DNA of 63,353 nucleotides, counting the filler, from Octopus bimaculoides (taxonomy: Eukaryota): NCBI RefSeq assembly GCF_001194135.2. It is 11 parts of 9 records of this genome, joined end to end, with 100 filler letters (N's around TTAATTAATTAA, not from the genome) between each part and the next. Parts side by side here need not be neighbours in the genome. Positions count along the whole stretch, not along the records: positions 44,592 to 51,908 come from NC_069008.1; positions 52,009 to 56,346 come from NC_069008.1; positions 56,447 to 58,447 come from NW_026380973.1; positions 58,548 to 61,381 come from NC_068987.1; positions 61,482 to 63,353 come from NC_068987.1; 6 more parts are not named here. One strand, given 5' to 3'. This document shows positions 50,046 to 63,134 of the stretch, one piece after another (position 1 is the stretch's first letter; every line of letters starts with the position of its first letter). The translations under genes and the position numbers were made by a program. The notes below the pieces were generated by a model. The model ran no database searches. It saw nothing but the letters and a program-made list of their open reading frames with translations, and was not told the DNA's origin.

Positions 50046-51612
50046 ACAAACACACAAGATTAGGGATACTCCAGTTAACCATAAAAAAATAACCCAGAAC
50101 ATTATTTTATAAATTTTTAATTGCATATAATTTTATTTCATCCTTTTATCCGATTTTTTCAATTTTCTCCATTTCATTGCAACCCAAACCATTTGTAAGA
50201 ATGTGCTTGTCCCTTGTAGTGTTCCCTTTATAGGGAAATAAAGAAATTCTTTGGTTCCAGACCTTTTAAGGTCTTGCCACTGACCACACAAGACACAGCC
50301 AGTTCCAGCGACAACATACTGCAATCTCTTTCTCCATCGCCAGAATCATGCACTTTTTCTTTTGAGAATGTTCACAATTGTTTTTTATTCTAGTATTTTT
50401 CTTTGTTTCCTTTTAAACAAAAAAGCTTCTTCCATGGTTTTACATTATAAAAAAAAAAAAAATAATAATCAGCTGTAATCAGCCTGGAGCGTGTTGTGGA
50501 GGAGGAAGTGTAGTGAAAAAAATTGATAAATTTTCAAAACTTTTTTTTCGTATATAGATGCCCACACACTCACCTGTCATTTCAAAGGCTGTGGAGAAAA
50601 ACAAATGGAAAAATCATTCTCAAAACCGACAAATACCGGAAATTTCTCAGAGTAAAATATGCACGATTTTCACTGAAAAAAAATTAAAAAAGAACTCGGA
50701 TTTTTTGGATNNNNNNNNNNNNNNNNNNNNNNNNNNNNNNNNNNNNNNNNNNNNNNNNNNNNNNNNNNNNNNNNNNNNNNNNNNNNNNNNNNNNNNNNNN
50801 NNNNNNNNNNNNNNNNNNNNNNNNNNNNNNNNNNNNNNNNNNNNNNNNNNNNNNNNNNNNNNNNNNNNNNNNNNNNNNNNNNNNNNNNNNNNNNNNNNNN
50901 NNNNNNNNNNNNNNNNNNNNNNNNNNNNNNNNNNNNNNNNNNNNNNNNNNNNNNNNNNNNNNNNNNNNNNNNNNNNNNNNNNNNNNNNNNNNNNNNNNNN
51001 NNNNNNNNNNNNNNNNNNNNNNNNNNNNNNNNNNNNNNNNNNNNNNNNNNNNNNNNNNNNNNNNNNNNNNNNNNNNNNNNNNNNNNNNNNNNNNNNNNNN
51101 NNNNNNNNNNNNNNNNNNNNNNNNNNNNNNNNNNNNNNNNNNNNNNNNNNNNNNNNNNNNNNNNNNNNNNNNNNNNNNNNNNNNNNNNNNNNNNNNNNNN
51201 NNNNNNNNNNNNNNNNNNNNNNNNNNNNNNNNNNNNNNNNNNNNNNNNNNNNNNNNNNNNNNNNNNNNNNNNNNNNNNNNNNNNNNNNNNNNNNNNNNNN
51301 NNNNNNNNNNNNNNNNNNNNNNNNNNNNNNNNNNNNNNNNNNNNNNNNNNNNNNNNNNNNNNNNNNNNNNNNNNNNNNNNNNNNNNNNNNNNNNNNNNNN
51401 NNNNNNNNNNNNNNNNNNNNNGAATTTCATTTACTGCTTTTAGTAGGGAACCTACAAACAAACAAACAAACTTTTTATAAGGACAGAGATAATAACATGT
51501 GTGTCTGTGTGTGTTATAAGACTTATTACTTTATATTGCAACAAGTATTACTTAAATATGTATTACTTATTATCTGACCACGCACCATCAGAAATGACAG
51601 CTAATTGTAGTA

Positions 51613-51850
51613 TCTGTATATATAAAAGGCAGGATGTGTGTGTGTGTACGTGAATGTAATTTTTGCATGTCCACAAATTAGCACACATGTCGCTCCAATT
51701 TTAGGACATTCGTCATGACCCTATCTGCATTTTCGTCAACTTTTTCTCTCAGAGGCACCCGTGTGTAGCTGTAAAAATCGATTTTCAACCGTAACTTTTA
51801 CCAATTTTGAAGTTTGCGAACATGGCGAAGTCAAAGTGTGCATAAGCGCC
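51613..51850 (+). mobile_element. Helitron-like non-autonomous element, 5' part
   Basis: A|TCTGTATATATAAAA start followed by (GT)n, same architecture as 61068. 3' end not identified. Confidence 0.45.
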
Positions 51851-51908
51851 TGAAGAAAGAGAGAGAAATTGTGTGTGTGTGACAGGAGTGAGTCAGAGAG
51901 AGATATAC

Positions 51909-52008
51909 NNNNNNNNNNNNNNNNNNNNNNNNNNNNNNNNNNNNNNNNNNNNTTAATTAATTAANNNNNNNNNNNNNNNNNNNNNNNNNNNNNNNNNNNN
52001 NNNNNNNN
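51909..52008. other. Artificial scaffold linker
   Basis: N44-TTAATTAATTAA-N44. Confidence 0.95.
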
Positions 52009-52368
52009 TCTAGTACCACCTAACATCACAACAACAGAAGAGCAAATAGTGGGGCCACTGATGTTGTTTCTGTCATTGTCCATGATGTCAGGAACATTAC
52101 TAAATCAATTCAGTTTGTGGTCTCTATTACTGTGATTGTTTTCACTTCTGTTATTTTTGTTACCCAAGTAATTTTAATTTTACATTTCTTTCTGCATCTA
52201 CATACTTATTCGTCTCATATTTCAAAACATATGTCCATCGAAAACGAGATGAATAACTTCTTAAGAAAGTTGTCGTTCATATTTTGTCATAACAGACACT
52301 CTATAGCGTCCATGACAAAATATTTCTGAAATAGATAAGTCTTCCTACTTACTAAAAGAATATTGCCC

Positions 52369-52399
<31 letters not shown>

Positions 52400-53619
52400 C
52401 TGGAATTACAGCACCAAGAATAAGAAGGTTTGACAGTGCAAGAATTATCTTCATTTTTTTTTTATTTTAATGGAATGAGAAAGAAAAAGTCTTACTGAAA
52501 ACAATGTCAGTCTAAGCCTATCTCACTTACAGATAGTTTAAGTGAAGCAGTTTGAATTAGCTGTGCTGATAAAATAAAGACATAGCTTCAGTTAATTTGA
52601 ATTCAAGGGCTATGAACTGGTGTTACATTCTAACTCTATTTAGGCATACATTAAGACGGTGAAACTTTATATAAGAATTGGCTATCATCTGACAACTAAT
52701 TGAAGATGGCTCACTAATATATTGTTTCTACTGCAGCTTACTGTAGCCCTCACGTTCTACATTAACATCATACACATTCATGGTTTACATAAGCATTGAC
52801 TAACTAGTAACGTAGGAAGGGGAGAAGGAGGAGCTAATATATTGTTTGTTTCTATTGCAGGATGTCTATCAGAATGAAGGAAGCATAAAGAATGTTCATC
52901 TTTTATCCATTATGTCTAACATTGGCTGTGGAATATCATTTGTGTGTCTCATTCTTACAGTAATGATTCATGTTTGTTTCAAGTAAGCATTTCAAATTCT
53001 ATTTTTATAAACTGTTCAGATACACAAACACAACATCTAACAGTTTGTGAGCTTTTCACAAATTGGTAAGATCAATGTGCTTGATATCTGCTGGAAAAAC
53101 CATGGATGAGGAGAAAATTCAGTATGTTATCGCTCTGAAGAGGAGTGATAGGACATAGTTAATGCAGGATTTGTAAGTGACGCAAAGTAAGGATGAGATG
53201 TGAAAGGCAGAGGAGGGTGATCTATCCTGTGTGTTTCAGTAGAGCAGGTTTTTAGTTTGTTAATTCAATAAAGTATAGACCAGTATTGTAGTGAAAGTAG
53301 TGACATTGTCTTTGCTATTGCTACTATATCGGTGTCTGTCTTTCGTTAAACAGTATGCCTGTGAGTAAGTTGTGAAGTTGATATTTTCCATTAAACCAGA
53401 TGAACATGTTTTGAGTGTGATCGAGAATATTCGTGTATTCTGTGTATACGTGCGAGTGGTGTATGAGTGTGCGTGTATTTGTAGCAGCCACGCACTCCCA
53501 CAGATGTTAATACAACTCCAATGCGGGGCTACCTTCAGATTGGGAGAATGTCAGCATTTGCCTTAAGCTGACCAGTATTTCCTTACCTAAAAGAGTTTCT
53601 GACATAGTGTTGGCAATGG

Positions 53620-53863
53620 TACATACATACATACATACATACATACATACATACATACAAACATACATACATACATACATACAAACATACATACATACAT
53701 ACGTACATACATACATTCATATATACATACATACATACATACGTCACACATACATACATACATACATTCATATATACATACATACATACGTCACACATAC
53801 ATACATACGTACATACATACATACATACATACGTCACACATACATACATACGTCACACATACA

Positions 53864-53897
<34 letters not shown>

Positions 53898-54490
53898 CAT
53901 ACATACATACAAACATACATACATACATACATACGTCACACATACATACATACGTCACACATACATACATANNNNNNNNNNNNNNNNNNNNNNNNNNNNN
54001 NNNNNNNNNNNNNNNNNNNNNNNNNNNNNNNNNNNNNNNNNNNNNNNNNNNNNNNNNNNNNNNNNNNNNNNNNNNNNNNNNNNNNNNNNNNNNNNNNNNN
54101 NNNNNNNNNNNNNNNNNNNNNNNNNNNNNNNNNNNNNNNNNNNNNNNNNNNNNNNNNNNNNNNNNNNNNNNNNNNNNNNNNNNNNNNNNNNNNNNNNNNN
54201 NNNNNNNNNNNNNNNNNNNNNNNNNNNNNNNNNNNNNNNNNNNNNNNNNNNNNNNNNNNNNNNNNNNNNNNNNNNNNNNNNNNNNNNNNNNNNNNNNNNN
54301 NNNNNNNNNNNNNNNNNNNNNNNNNNNNNNNNNNNNNNNNNNNNNNNNNNNNNNNNNNNNNNNNNNNNNNNNNNNNNNNNNNNNNNNNNNNNNNNNNNNN
54401 NNNNNNNNNNNNNNNNNNNNNNNNNNNNNNNNNNNNNNNNNACATACATACATACATACATACATACATACATACATACATACATACATA
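53620..54490. repeat. (ACAT)n tetranucleotide array with recurring ACGTCACAC variants; central gap
   Basis: Directly visible. Confidence 0.92.
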
Positions 54491-55620
54491 AACGAAGAAC
54501 AAGAAGTGGTGCAAGAAATAAACAGCCACGTTATCGCAATTCATGACATCATCGTCATGTATCGTAGTAGAGACAATAGAAAACGCTCAAATCCGGCAGA
54601 CTACAATTAACACATACATATACGGGTTTAATTAAGATAAAACAAGAATTGTCCAATCTGAAACATATTTTGATATATTAGAAATATAAAAATATATGAA
54701 TACTAAAAATATACATGGATATATAGATGTGTAACGGGTAGAAGTTCTATTTTTGTAACAATGCCTGTCATTGTGCAACGTTGGGATCACCAGTTTGTAA
54801 GCAATGCCTTGAAATGTGTAGCGGCAGAAATTTAATTTTGTAGCGGTAAAGATTGATTTGGTACACAATAATATGGTAAACGATAGTTAATACACAGCAG
54901 GATGGATGTAATCTGTTTGTAAAGTTCTTCGTTGATTGGCATTATGTAAAGATGAAAGAACAGTGATTGAAGTTGTGAATTTATTTTTACCGTTACATTT
55001 GTATATACCTTGCCACGACGGGCAGGTAATAAAATCCTAGAGCATGCGAGGTAAAGATAGGTGTAGATTTTTCTTGCGTGGTTTGTGTTTATGTTCTCGT
55101 TGTTGTGTAGTAGTAATTACAGAGAGAGATAGAATAATGTTGTAAGAGGACAGAATTAGAGCTAGTGAAAGTTGTAGGATCGTGGGAAGTTGTCTCAAAG
55201 CTGCTGACAGTAAACTTCATCTCTCCCTTTGACCATTGGCTTTTTGTAGTTGCCTGCTTGTGACCATGATTCTAGTGTTCCGCTCCCTAACTGATGGTAG
55301 CTGTCTCGGACTTGAGTTGTCACTCACTAACTAATTGATTGAGTTGTTACGAGCCTACTAACTGAGTTATCACCAAGTGACTGATCTTTTAGACTGATTT
55401 TTTATCGGTGAGAACAATTGACTTCGTTGGTGTTACTTCTTGTCTTAAGTCTAGCTTTTGGTGAATTAGAAAAGGTTAGAAGGATCAAGGCATCTGGAAA
55501 ATGTAAAACTGCTGTCATAGAAAAAAAAACCATAGGTCCACCGTGAGGAAAGTTCTGTTGAAGTGTTAATTTAAATTTGGCTATGGTGGATCGAATCCAC
55601 TTCATGCCTGCAAGATCCAC

Positions 55621-56024
55621 TACAGATATATAGATATGTAAGCATAATAATAATAATAGAATATAGATAAAAATAATAGTAGAATATAGAAAAAAGACGT
55701 TTTTAAAAATTGAAAAGATAAAGAAAGTAATAGGCATTAAAATGAGTTTTACGTAACATGTTACAGGAAAATAAGGGACTAAATGCATATCTAGCGTAAA
55801 CACTACTTTTTCCTGATGATGGGGGCATTCTATGGAAATGAACCATAAGACTCAGATGTAATCTGGATGAATGTAGGCCTGAAACGATCGTTGGAGGGAT
55901 TTTCCTCTTACATGTTACCCAAAAACTCTTTTTAATGCCTATTACTTTCTCTATATTATATTTTGAATTTTTAAAAACGTCTCTTTTCTGTATTCTATTA
56001 TCATTTTTATCTATATTCTATTAA

Positions 56025-56105
<81 letters not shown>

Positions 56106-56127
56106 GTTTACATATCTATATATCTAT
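55621..56127. mobile_element. Foldback element (~150-bp inverted arms, one carrying a (TTA)n expansion) around a 126-bp spacer; probably Penelope-derived
   Basis: 55621-55772 is the reverse complement of 55899-56127 apart from the TTA run; a hammerhead motif fills the spacer. Confidence 0.7.
55803..55900 (+). ncRNA. Type I hammerhead ribozyme-like motif with canonical core
   Basis: CUGAUGA 55813-19; branched stem II; GAAA 55881-84; palindromic stem III ACGAUCGU; GUU site at 55892; wobble-rich 6-bp stem I (UUUUUC/GGAGGG). Confidence 0.65.
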
Positions 56128-56346
56128 ATGTCCTTGTATATTTTTTGTACTCGTTTATTTTTATATTTCTATATTTTTATATTTCTAATATATCAATATA
56201 TGTTTCAGATTGGACATTTCTTATTTTATCCTAATTAAACCCGTATATGTATATGTTAATCGTAGTCTGCCGGATTTGAACCTTTTCTATTGTCTCTATT
56301 ATACTTGTCTAGCACTTCAGGTTCGACTTCTATGTTTTATATATAT

Positions 56347-56446
56347 NNNNNNNNNNNNNNNNNNNNNNNNNNNNNNNNNNNNNNNNNNNNTTAATTAATT
56401 AANNNNNNNNNNNNNNNNNNNNNNNNNNNNNNNNNNNNNNNNNNNN
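56347..56446. other. Artificial scaffold linker
   Basis: N44-TTAATTAATTAA-N44. Confidence 0.95.
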
Positions 56447-56623
56447 GTAAAAGCACAATAAATAAGTATAATATAATACAAAGTAAATATCATTAGGTAA
56501 TGATTATAAAACGGCTACACGTGTTTCATAACCAATTTTCAAATAGAAAGAATATTTAAATCGATTAAAACTACCGAAAATCAATTCTATTCAAAAATAT
56601 AGCTAATCTTCAAGTCAGAATAC

Positions 56624-56665
<42 letters not shown>

Positions 56666-56869
56666 TATAATTATAATAATAAAAGAATGTATATATCAAC
56701 CAACAATAAATAACAAACGAATATATATAAAATTCTTATTATATTAAGATAGAAAAATATTATTAAAAATATCAAATTTATAAACGTTCCAAATTAACTT
56801 TACGTTTATTATAATATAAGCTAACAGGTATATTAACGAAACATAAAAAAATTCCTGCAACTGTTATGG

Positions 56870-57448
56870 TTTAATGTGTTGGCTGCAACGAAGGAGATTT
56901 GAAGCCTGCTGACTTTCCATAGGCCTCAGAGTTAAATCTGCCACCTACATTGAGGTCCTAGAAATAATTGTTAAGCTCTCGATAGACAGTAAATGCATTG
57001 GAATGCCATATGTGTTTCATTAAGACTCTGCACTATCACACATGGCGCTACTAAGATAGGAATGGAAGGCTGAACATTTTCATGATCACATAACCCCTAA
57101 CATTTGACCTAATTCCTGACAATTCAATGCATTAGACTATTACATGTAAAGCCTTGTTGAGAGAGACGTCAGTGAAAACGCCCATAACACCACAGATTCT
57201 AAGAAAGCTTCTTCAGTCAGAAAAACTAACAAAATGAATCATGACCACGTGATTCGAGCGTGTAGATGTTTTAGAACTCATATCGAAACAGTTGTTGAAG
57301 CTGAAGGTATCTTTATTGAATAACATTATAGTAAAAAAAGGTTCAGTGTTATCCTCATAAGCATTTTTGAGGAATGAAGTTATCTGTTTTAATAAATCTT
57401 TTTCTTTATAAACACATATCTGTCCTCAGATATCTTACGCACACTGTG
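56870..57448 (+). mobile_element. DD37D/maT-like element, 3' half with putative TIR
   Basis: YVFH*DSA...NALDYYM...DHVIRACRCFRTHIETVVEAEG; ends ...CTTACGCACACTGTG before TA. Confidence 0.75.
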
Positions 57449-57467
57449 TATATATGTATGTATATAT

Positions 57468-57518
<51 letters not shown>

Positions 57519-57528
57519 NNNNNNNNNN

Positions 57529-57580
<52 letters not shown>

Positions 57581-58272
57581 TATGTAATACAGATATATAT
57601 ATATATATATGTGTGTGCATGTATGTCTGCATGTATGAATATATGCATGTCTCTGTACTTTGTTTCTGTGTGGGTATGGCTGAGTATGCATGAAGGTATT
57701 ATCGAATTTTAATAATATTGATATTTACCATATAATTTCAACTATCTCTTTTATTCCTGGCATATTACTAATATACAAAAAAATTATAAATTTTTAAGGT
57801 CGCTATTATTTTCACCAAAACAACAAAATTTCCATGAAATTTCCTAATAACAATTCATGTCTTATTTTACAGTTTGCATGGTGGATCGTAAGTTTGAAAA
57901 AGAGGAAAATGTTGTCTATTCGCAATACCTCGAATGCTAGCAGAAAATTCCATGTACGGTACACATTAATCTCTATAGTATTAACAGAATAAATATCAAT
58001 AAAGTATAATATATGGAAATCAGCGTCATATATAGACTCAAAATATCGACTTACCTTTACCTTTTTGCTATTAAACATGCGCACTTTTGTGTTTGATCAT
58101 GAAATGCTGCTGTATTTGCTTATATTAACATCGACGACTATCTACATATTAACATATTAATACGCAGAAATATAGTTAACGTATGTGTGCGCATTAAATC
58201 CCAAATATGTTATCACTTCCTTTGAACTATTACCTTTATATCTGCTCCCTAGGATTCCCCTCGTAGCCACTC

Positions 58273-58321
58273 TGAACCCTGATGGATTGGTCCTCAGTAG
58301 ACCTATCGGAATATCGGTTCA
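58273..58321 (+). ncRNA. Minimal type I hammerhead-like motif with two core mutations
   Basis: UGAACC-CUGAUG-GAUUGGUC-loop-GACCUAUC-GGAA-UA-UC-GGUUCA: 6-bp stem I, 8-bp stem II (one mismatch); A9 missing and A13 to G. Confidence 0.55.
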
Positions 58322-58415
58322 AATCATTTGAATGCTACTAAATGTTTTCCATATCGAGATTCTGTCAATTTCTTCTGCTGATGTCACACACTGGCACACA
58401 CACACACACACACTG

Positions 58416-58447
<32 letters not shown>

Positions 58448-58547
58448 NNNNNNNNNNNNNNNNNNNNNNNNNNNNNNNNNNNNNNNNNNNNTTAATTAAT
58501 TAANNNNNNNNNNNNNNNNNNNNNNNNNNNNNNNNNNNNNNNNNNNN
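58448..58547. other. Artificial scaffold linker
   Basis: N44-TTAATTAATTAA-N44. Confidence 0.95.
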
Positions 58548-58802
58548 AATGTTGAATACCTTGTATACCACAATTTTTTCCTTAATTGCGTTGACTGCCT
58601 CGGGTGGTGGAATTAGCTTCGTTTCACCATCCACCTTTTGTACATATTTCCGGTATGTATACAGACTTTCTTTTGACATTTTTATTTCAATTGAGTCAAT
58701 TCCAACGGCCTGTGCAAAACTTGGTTTTCCTTTGGAAACACTTTTACATACTCTTTCTTCCTCCATGGGAAGGACACTTTCCGCTACAATTAGAGTAGCC
58801 AT
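58548..58802 (-). CDS. Probable LINE (L1/Tx1-like) ORF1 N-terminus, cut by a linker
   Basis: Open 85-codon frame MATLIVAESVLPMEEERV...KPSFAQAVG...VVYKVFN; the SFAxAV motif is typical of LINE ORF1 N-termini. Could alternatively be a host exon. Confidence 0.45.
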
Positions 58803-60099
58803 ATTTGTCAAAAGACAAAAACACAAATAAAGTTTTTTACATGGAATTTTTTCGCCCCGTAGGGCGAAAATAACTGTATACCAACAGTTATTTAAACAGT
58901 TGTACAATACAGAGAGTTAGACAGACACGAACTCACACCGCAACAGCAAACAAAATCTCGATGGAAAAATTAATATATCCTCCTTAGCACAAGAAAAAGA
59001 CGTGTGTTGCTTCTGCAAAATGTCAGAAGTAATGGAGATTAAATACGCTTTACACCGCTTAAACTGCCAAAGGAGTAAGTGTAAACAACTGAATACTTGT
59101 CAGTGATTGGTTGAAATTATCGAAATAAGACAATTTTTTACATGAAAAAAATTCGAATACAAAATTTTTTTATGTTCTATAACACAAAATAGATAAGTAT
59201 ACGAAGTTTGAAAGTCTTTCGGTACCAAAAACACTACATAAAACATAAATGAAAACTGGTGCCCCCGTTTTGAACAAGATCCGCAATCTTCAGCTGCACA
59301 AAAATGTAGAAAAATTACAGTAGAATAGACATATTATAATTGTGGCAAGATATACTAAATAAGCCCTTCTCTTTTTAAGACGTTAGACAGTGATTTGAGG
59401 TGGGCAATGGATTGAATAATATAATGTTCATTTGTCGGACATTTATTTTATGTCTAGTTTGAGTTCGAATCCTGCCAGGATCGATAAGAACTACAAATAT
59501 TGATTTTTAAGATGTGTGAAATTGCAACGAAAAAGAATTTCTTAAGTTTGCACTTCCTTTTGAAATTCTGATGAGAACATGTTTAAGTTTTAAAACATTT
59601 CAGTCAATACTAGATTAATACTGAAATATGATTCAAATTGTATTCAATTCAATTTGTTATACGAAATTGTAATTTAGATTCTCTGAATTTTTATTTTATT
59701 TATGAAAAGATGAAGATATAAACTTAATTACAAACTTTAAATGGAATAAATTAAGAATATTTGTTGAATTTCTTTCTTCGAAAACAGGAAATTTTTACAT
59801 ATTTTGAATTGCACTTCACTTCGCTTGGTTTATGAAAATTTATTCTAGCTAACGTGCTCAAGACGTTCACTTCGGGTCCACGTGGTTCTCAGTTCAATCC
59901 CACAGCAGAACTCGCTGGACTTAATTTCTCACAGCCTCGATTTGGGCAGGTAAACGTTAACTGTTCTTTTTCTGTTTCTGCTACTTGCTCTTTTCTGACT
60001 GAAATTTTTGAGTACCAAATCCACATATGGGTATGTGCATACTATTCGGCGAAGTAGCGATCTTTGATTTTAGGTGCATATATCTGCAGGTATTATCTT

Positions 60100-60415
60100 C
60101 TATCGTTTTACTTGTTTCAGTCATTGGATTGTGGCCATGCTAGGGCACCACCTTGAAGGGTTCAGTCGAACAATTCGACTCCAGTACTTATTAAAAAAAA
60201 AAAATCTGATACTTATTCTATCGGCGTCTTTTGCCGGGGACGTAAACAAACCAACACCGGTTGTCAGGCAACGGTCGGGTAAACACGCACACAATTTCCC
60301 TCTGCCAAATTCACTGATAAGGTTGACTTGGGACTATTTTAGAAGACACTTGTCCAAGGTGCCGCTGAACCCAAGATCACACGATTGGGAAGCAAACTTA
60401 TTAGTCACAGCGCTA
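60100..60415 (-). mobile_element. SINE family A, diverged with internal deletions
   Basis: TTTTACTTGTTTCAGTCATTGGATTGTGGCCATGC...AGAAGACACTTGTCCAAGGTGCC. Confidence 0.8.
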
Positions 60416-61067
60416 ACGGGAAAATACAAAATATACACAAAACCAAAATTCGTCCGAGTATGTATATGAAATTTTTATTTATCGGAAAAAAAAAACAGTT
60501 TTCAAAAGTAAACAAAAATGGTTTAAAAAGCAAAGAAGTAAATAGATAATTTAAATAAAAAGGAATGCACATTCATTCATAGAATTCCGGGACATTGGTA
60601 TTCTTTTCTTAAAAAACTTTTGAGGCATGCCAAAACAGAACTTAGACAACAGACAAGAACCTAGCCTGCGACGAACATCTGCATTCCAGAACCCGGCTCG
60701 GCATGGAAGCCCTAACATCACGACGAGTGATCGCTCCGCCACACACGCCTCAACTTCTTACATACAGACTGTTACTATTGTGTACTCTAAGAACTGGCAA
60801 ATTCTTATATGTGTTACTGACTCTTTTTCTATCTGCTGTATCTCACGCATACACATACATGTATCACTTACACACACTATTTTCTTTACACGACGGCCTG
60901 TTTTTATTGTGTTTTCATTATGTCGCATACAATCACACACAGACATACAATTTAATGCTACAATAAATATTACAGTTATTCATCTTTATCGGTTGTGTTC
61001 TATCGTCTTCATTACTGGCCATCTACGAATTCACTATGTTATCGAAGTATAACATATTTATATATCA

Positions 61068-61093
61068 TCTATATATATAAAAATTAGAATGTG

Positions 61094-61140
<47 letters not shown>

Positions 61141-61381
61141 GTGAATCCTTAAAACTCGAGAACTACGCAACCAATTTCATTCAAATTTTACACATGCCTT
61201 ACTTAGGGTTCCAGTTGTGTTTTAGTCAAAAAAATTTTTTAAACTTCTTGCAGAGTTCGAGCACACGGCAACATAATATCTCCTCCACTATTTAAGTATT
61301 ACGTGTCAAAAGTGAAACAAAAACACTCATGTCAAATACTTTCACTTTAAAAATGAAACTATTCCACTAACTGAAACAATC
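61068..61381 (+). mobile_element. Helitron-like (DINE-1/Lep1-style) non-autonomous element, 5' part
   Basis: A|TCTATATATATAAAA start, (GTCT)n, then CAACCAATTTCATTCAAATTT; cut by a linker. Confidence 0.65.
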
Positions 61382-61481
61382 NNNNNNNNNNNNNNNNNNN
61401 NNNNNNNNNNNNNNNNNNNNNNNNNTTAATTAATTAANNNNNNNNNNNNNNNNNNNNNNNNNNNNNNNNNNNNNNNNNNNN
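61382..61481. other. Artificial scaffold linker
   Basis: N44-TTAATTAATTAA-N44. Confidence 0.95.
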
Positions 61482-62594
61482 GAAGAAATGGAATGGTGAA
61501 ATTATATGTTCCTTGTGTTTCTCATCTACATTCTGTGGCCTTTATATAAAAAGTTATTCGATGATTGAAGTTCAGATTTGCGAACTGGACACTCAAGGGA
61601 AACTGATTTTCTGGGTTATGTCGATTACAATAGCTTTCACACGTTCCTTTAGGTAGTAAAGGTAGATCCCTGTAGAGTGGTTTATAAAGTTTTGTGTGGC
61701 TATTTTTATCTTTCTTCTTTCCTGCCTTGCATTGTTGACTGTATTTTATTTAAGGATATAGTTTTAATAATTTCTGACCAGAGTTGCCACTCTTAATCAT
61801 TTCCAATTGATAACGGCTAAGGAGATAGAAACATCGATCTCTGGGAATCGTGGTAGATTGCAACACTGGAGTGATATCGTATTTTTCAACCTTTTTACCA
61901 TAAGAGAAAAATTTCTCCCCGGCAACTACAGTCAATTTGCCTTTTAGCAGTTGAAATACATCACAAACGTATTTTAATTAAACTATACAAAAACTTAAAA
62001 ACAACAAAGGGATAAAAAGATTATCTTATGAACATCATTAGCTTAGTGCTATTTCTGCGATAAGATGCAGTGTGCTCATACAGCAGCCATGCTTCCATTT
62101 GCCAAATCGCTATTTCGGCAACGTAAACAAATCAGCACAGATCGCTCACCTGTAGAGATTCAAATCTAAACACAAACACAAAAACAAATGCACTAACATA
62201 TATATATGTTTATATATTATGTAACATTTACAAACATACACACAAATTCATAATTTATATGCTACAAAGGATTACAATATGTGCGACAATAAAAATTTAC
62301 AAAATGTTTTTAAGATTTAAATGGTGGTGTTTATCAGAAGATACTTTCCTACACAACATTGCAACCAAGCAGGTGGCTGGTCAAAATTACTTTGAAATTA
62401 CAAAGTGAAAGAGAAGAACATACATACATACATACATACATACATACATACATGAAACGCACTGCCTAAATACCAATCTTGAAAAATTAGGTTTCCCAAA
62501 ACCAGAAAGGAGAATGCTAATTCGAAGATTACAGATTCAATCTATCACGGGAACTGCAAAAATCTGTAAGACTTTCCAGAAGTCTATCATTAAA

Positions 62595-63050
62595 ATATAC
62601 ATGAGCATGTCTAGATATGCAACAATATGTATGAGAATACATACATAAAGCAAAACATACAAATCTGCAAATATACATACATACATACATACATACATAC
62701 ATACATACACACATACATACAAAATACCTTGTTGTTGATGTTGAAATTCCAATGAAGGTGCCTTGGGGCTCTTTCTCTATTGGCAAGAAATCTTGAAATG
62801 AAACTGGATAATGACATGCATACATAAGAACTTGTCCTGATATGCAAGTGTATGATTGACATGAAACAAAACATACAAATCTGCACGTATACGTACATAT
62901 ATACATACGTAAATACGGAGGTACATACATACATACATGCACGCATGCAAACATACATACATACATGCATACATACATACATACATACATACACACATAC
63001 ATACAAAATACCTTGCCATTGAGGTCGAAATTCCAATGAAGGAGCCTTGG
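62595..63050. repeat. Diverged tandem duplication containing (ATAC)n
   Basis: CAAAACATACAAATCTGCA...CAAAATACCTTG...GAAATTCCAATGAAGG(T/A)GCCTTGG occurs twice (~62618-62766 and ~62841-63050). Confidence 0.8.
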
Positions 63051-63134
63051 ATCTATGTTAGAAACTGGCACTTTCTCTACATTATTTACATTATTTACAT
63101 CCGACGGATATTTGTCCTCATCTTGTTTGTTGTT

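Noticed and set aside
50130-50710. Possible piggyBac/other DNA transposon end
   Set aside because: No matching TIR or convincing catalytic or Cys-rich motif; adjacent gap hides the rest.
59560-59607. CTGATGA-GAAC...GTTT-TAAAAC-ATTTCA
   Set aside because: GAAA absent and no room for stem III; compatible with chance in AT-rich DNA.
60551-61052. Overlapping ORFs on both strands in a CpG-rich patch
   Set aside because: No recognisable motif; cannot choose a strand or frame.
63030-63075. CCAATGA-AGGAGCC...TAGAAACTGG as a further hammerhead
   Set aside because: Core and stem II too degenerate to support.
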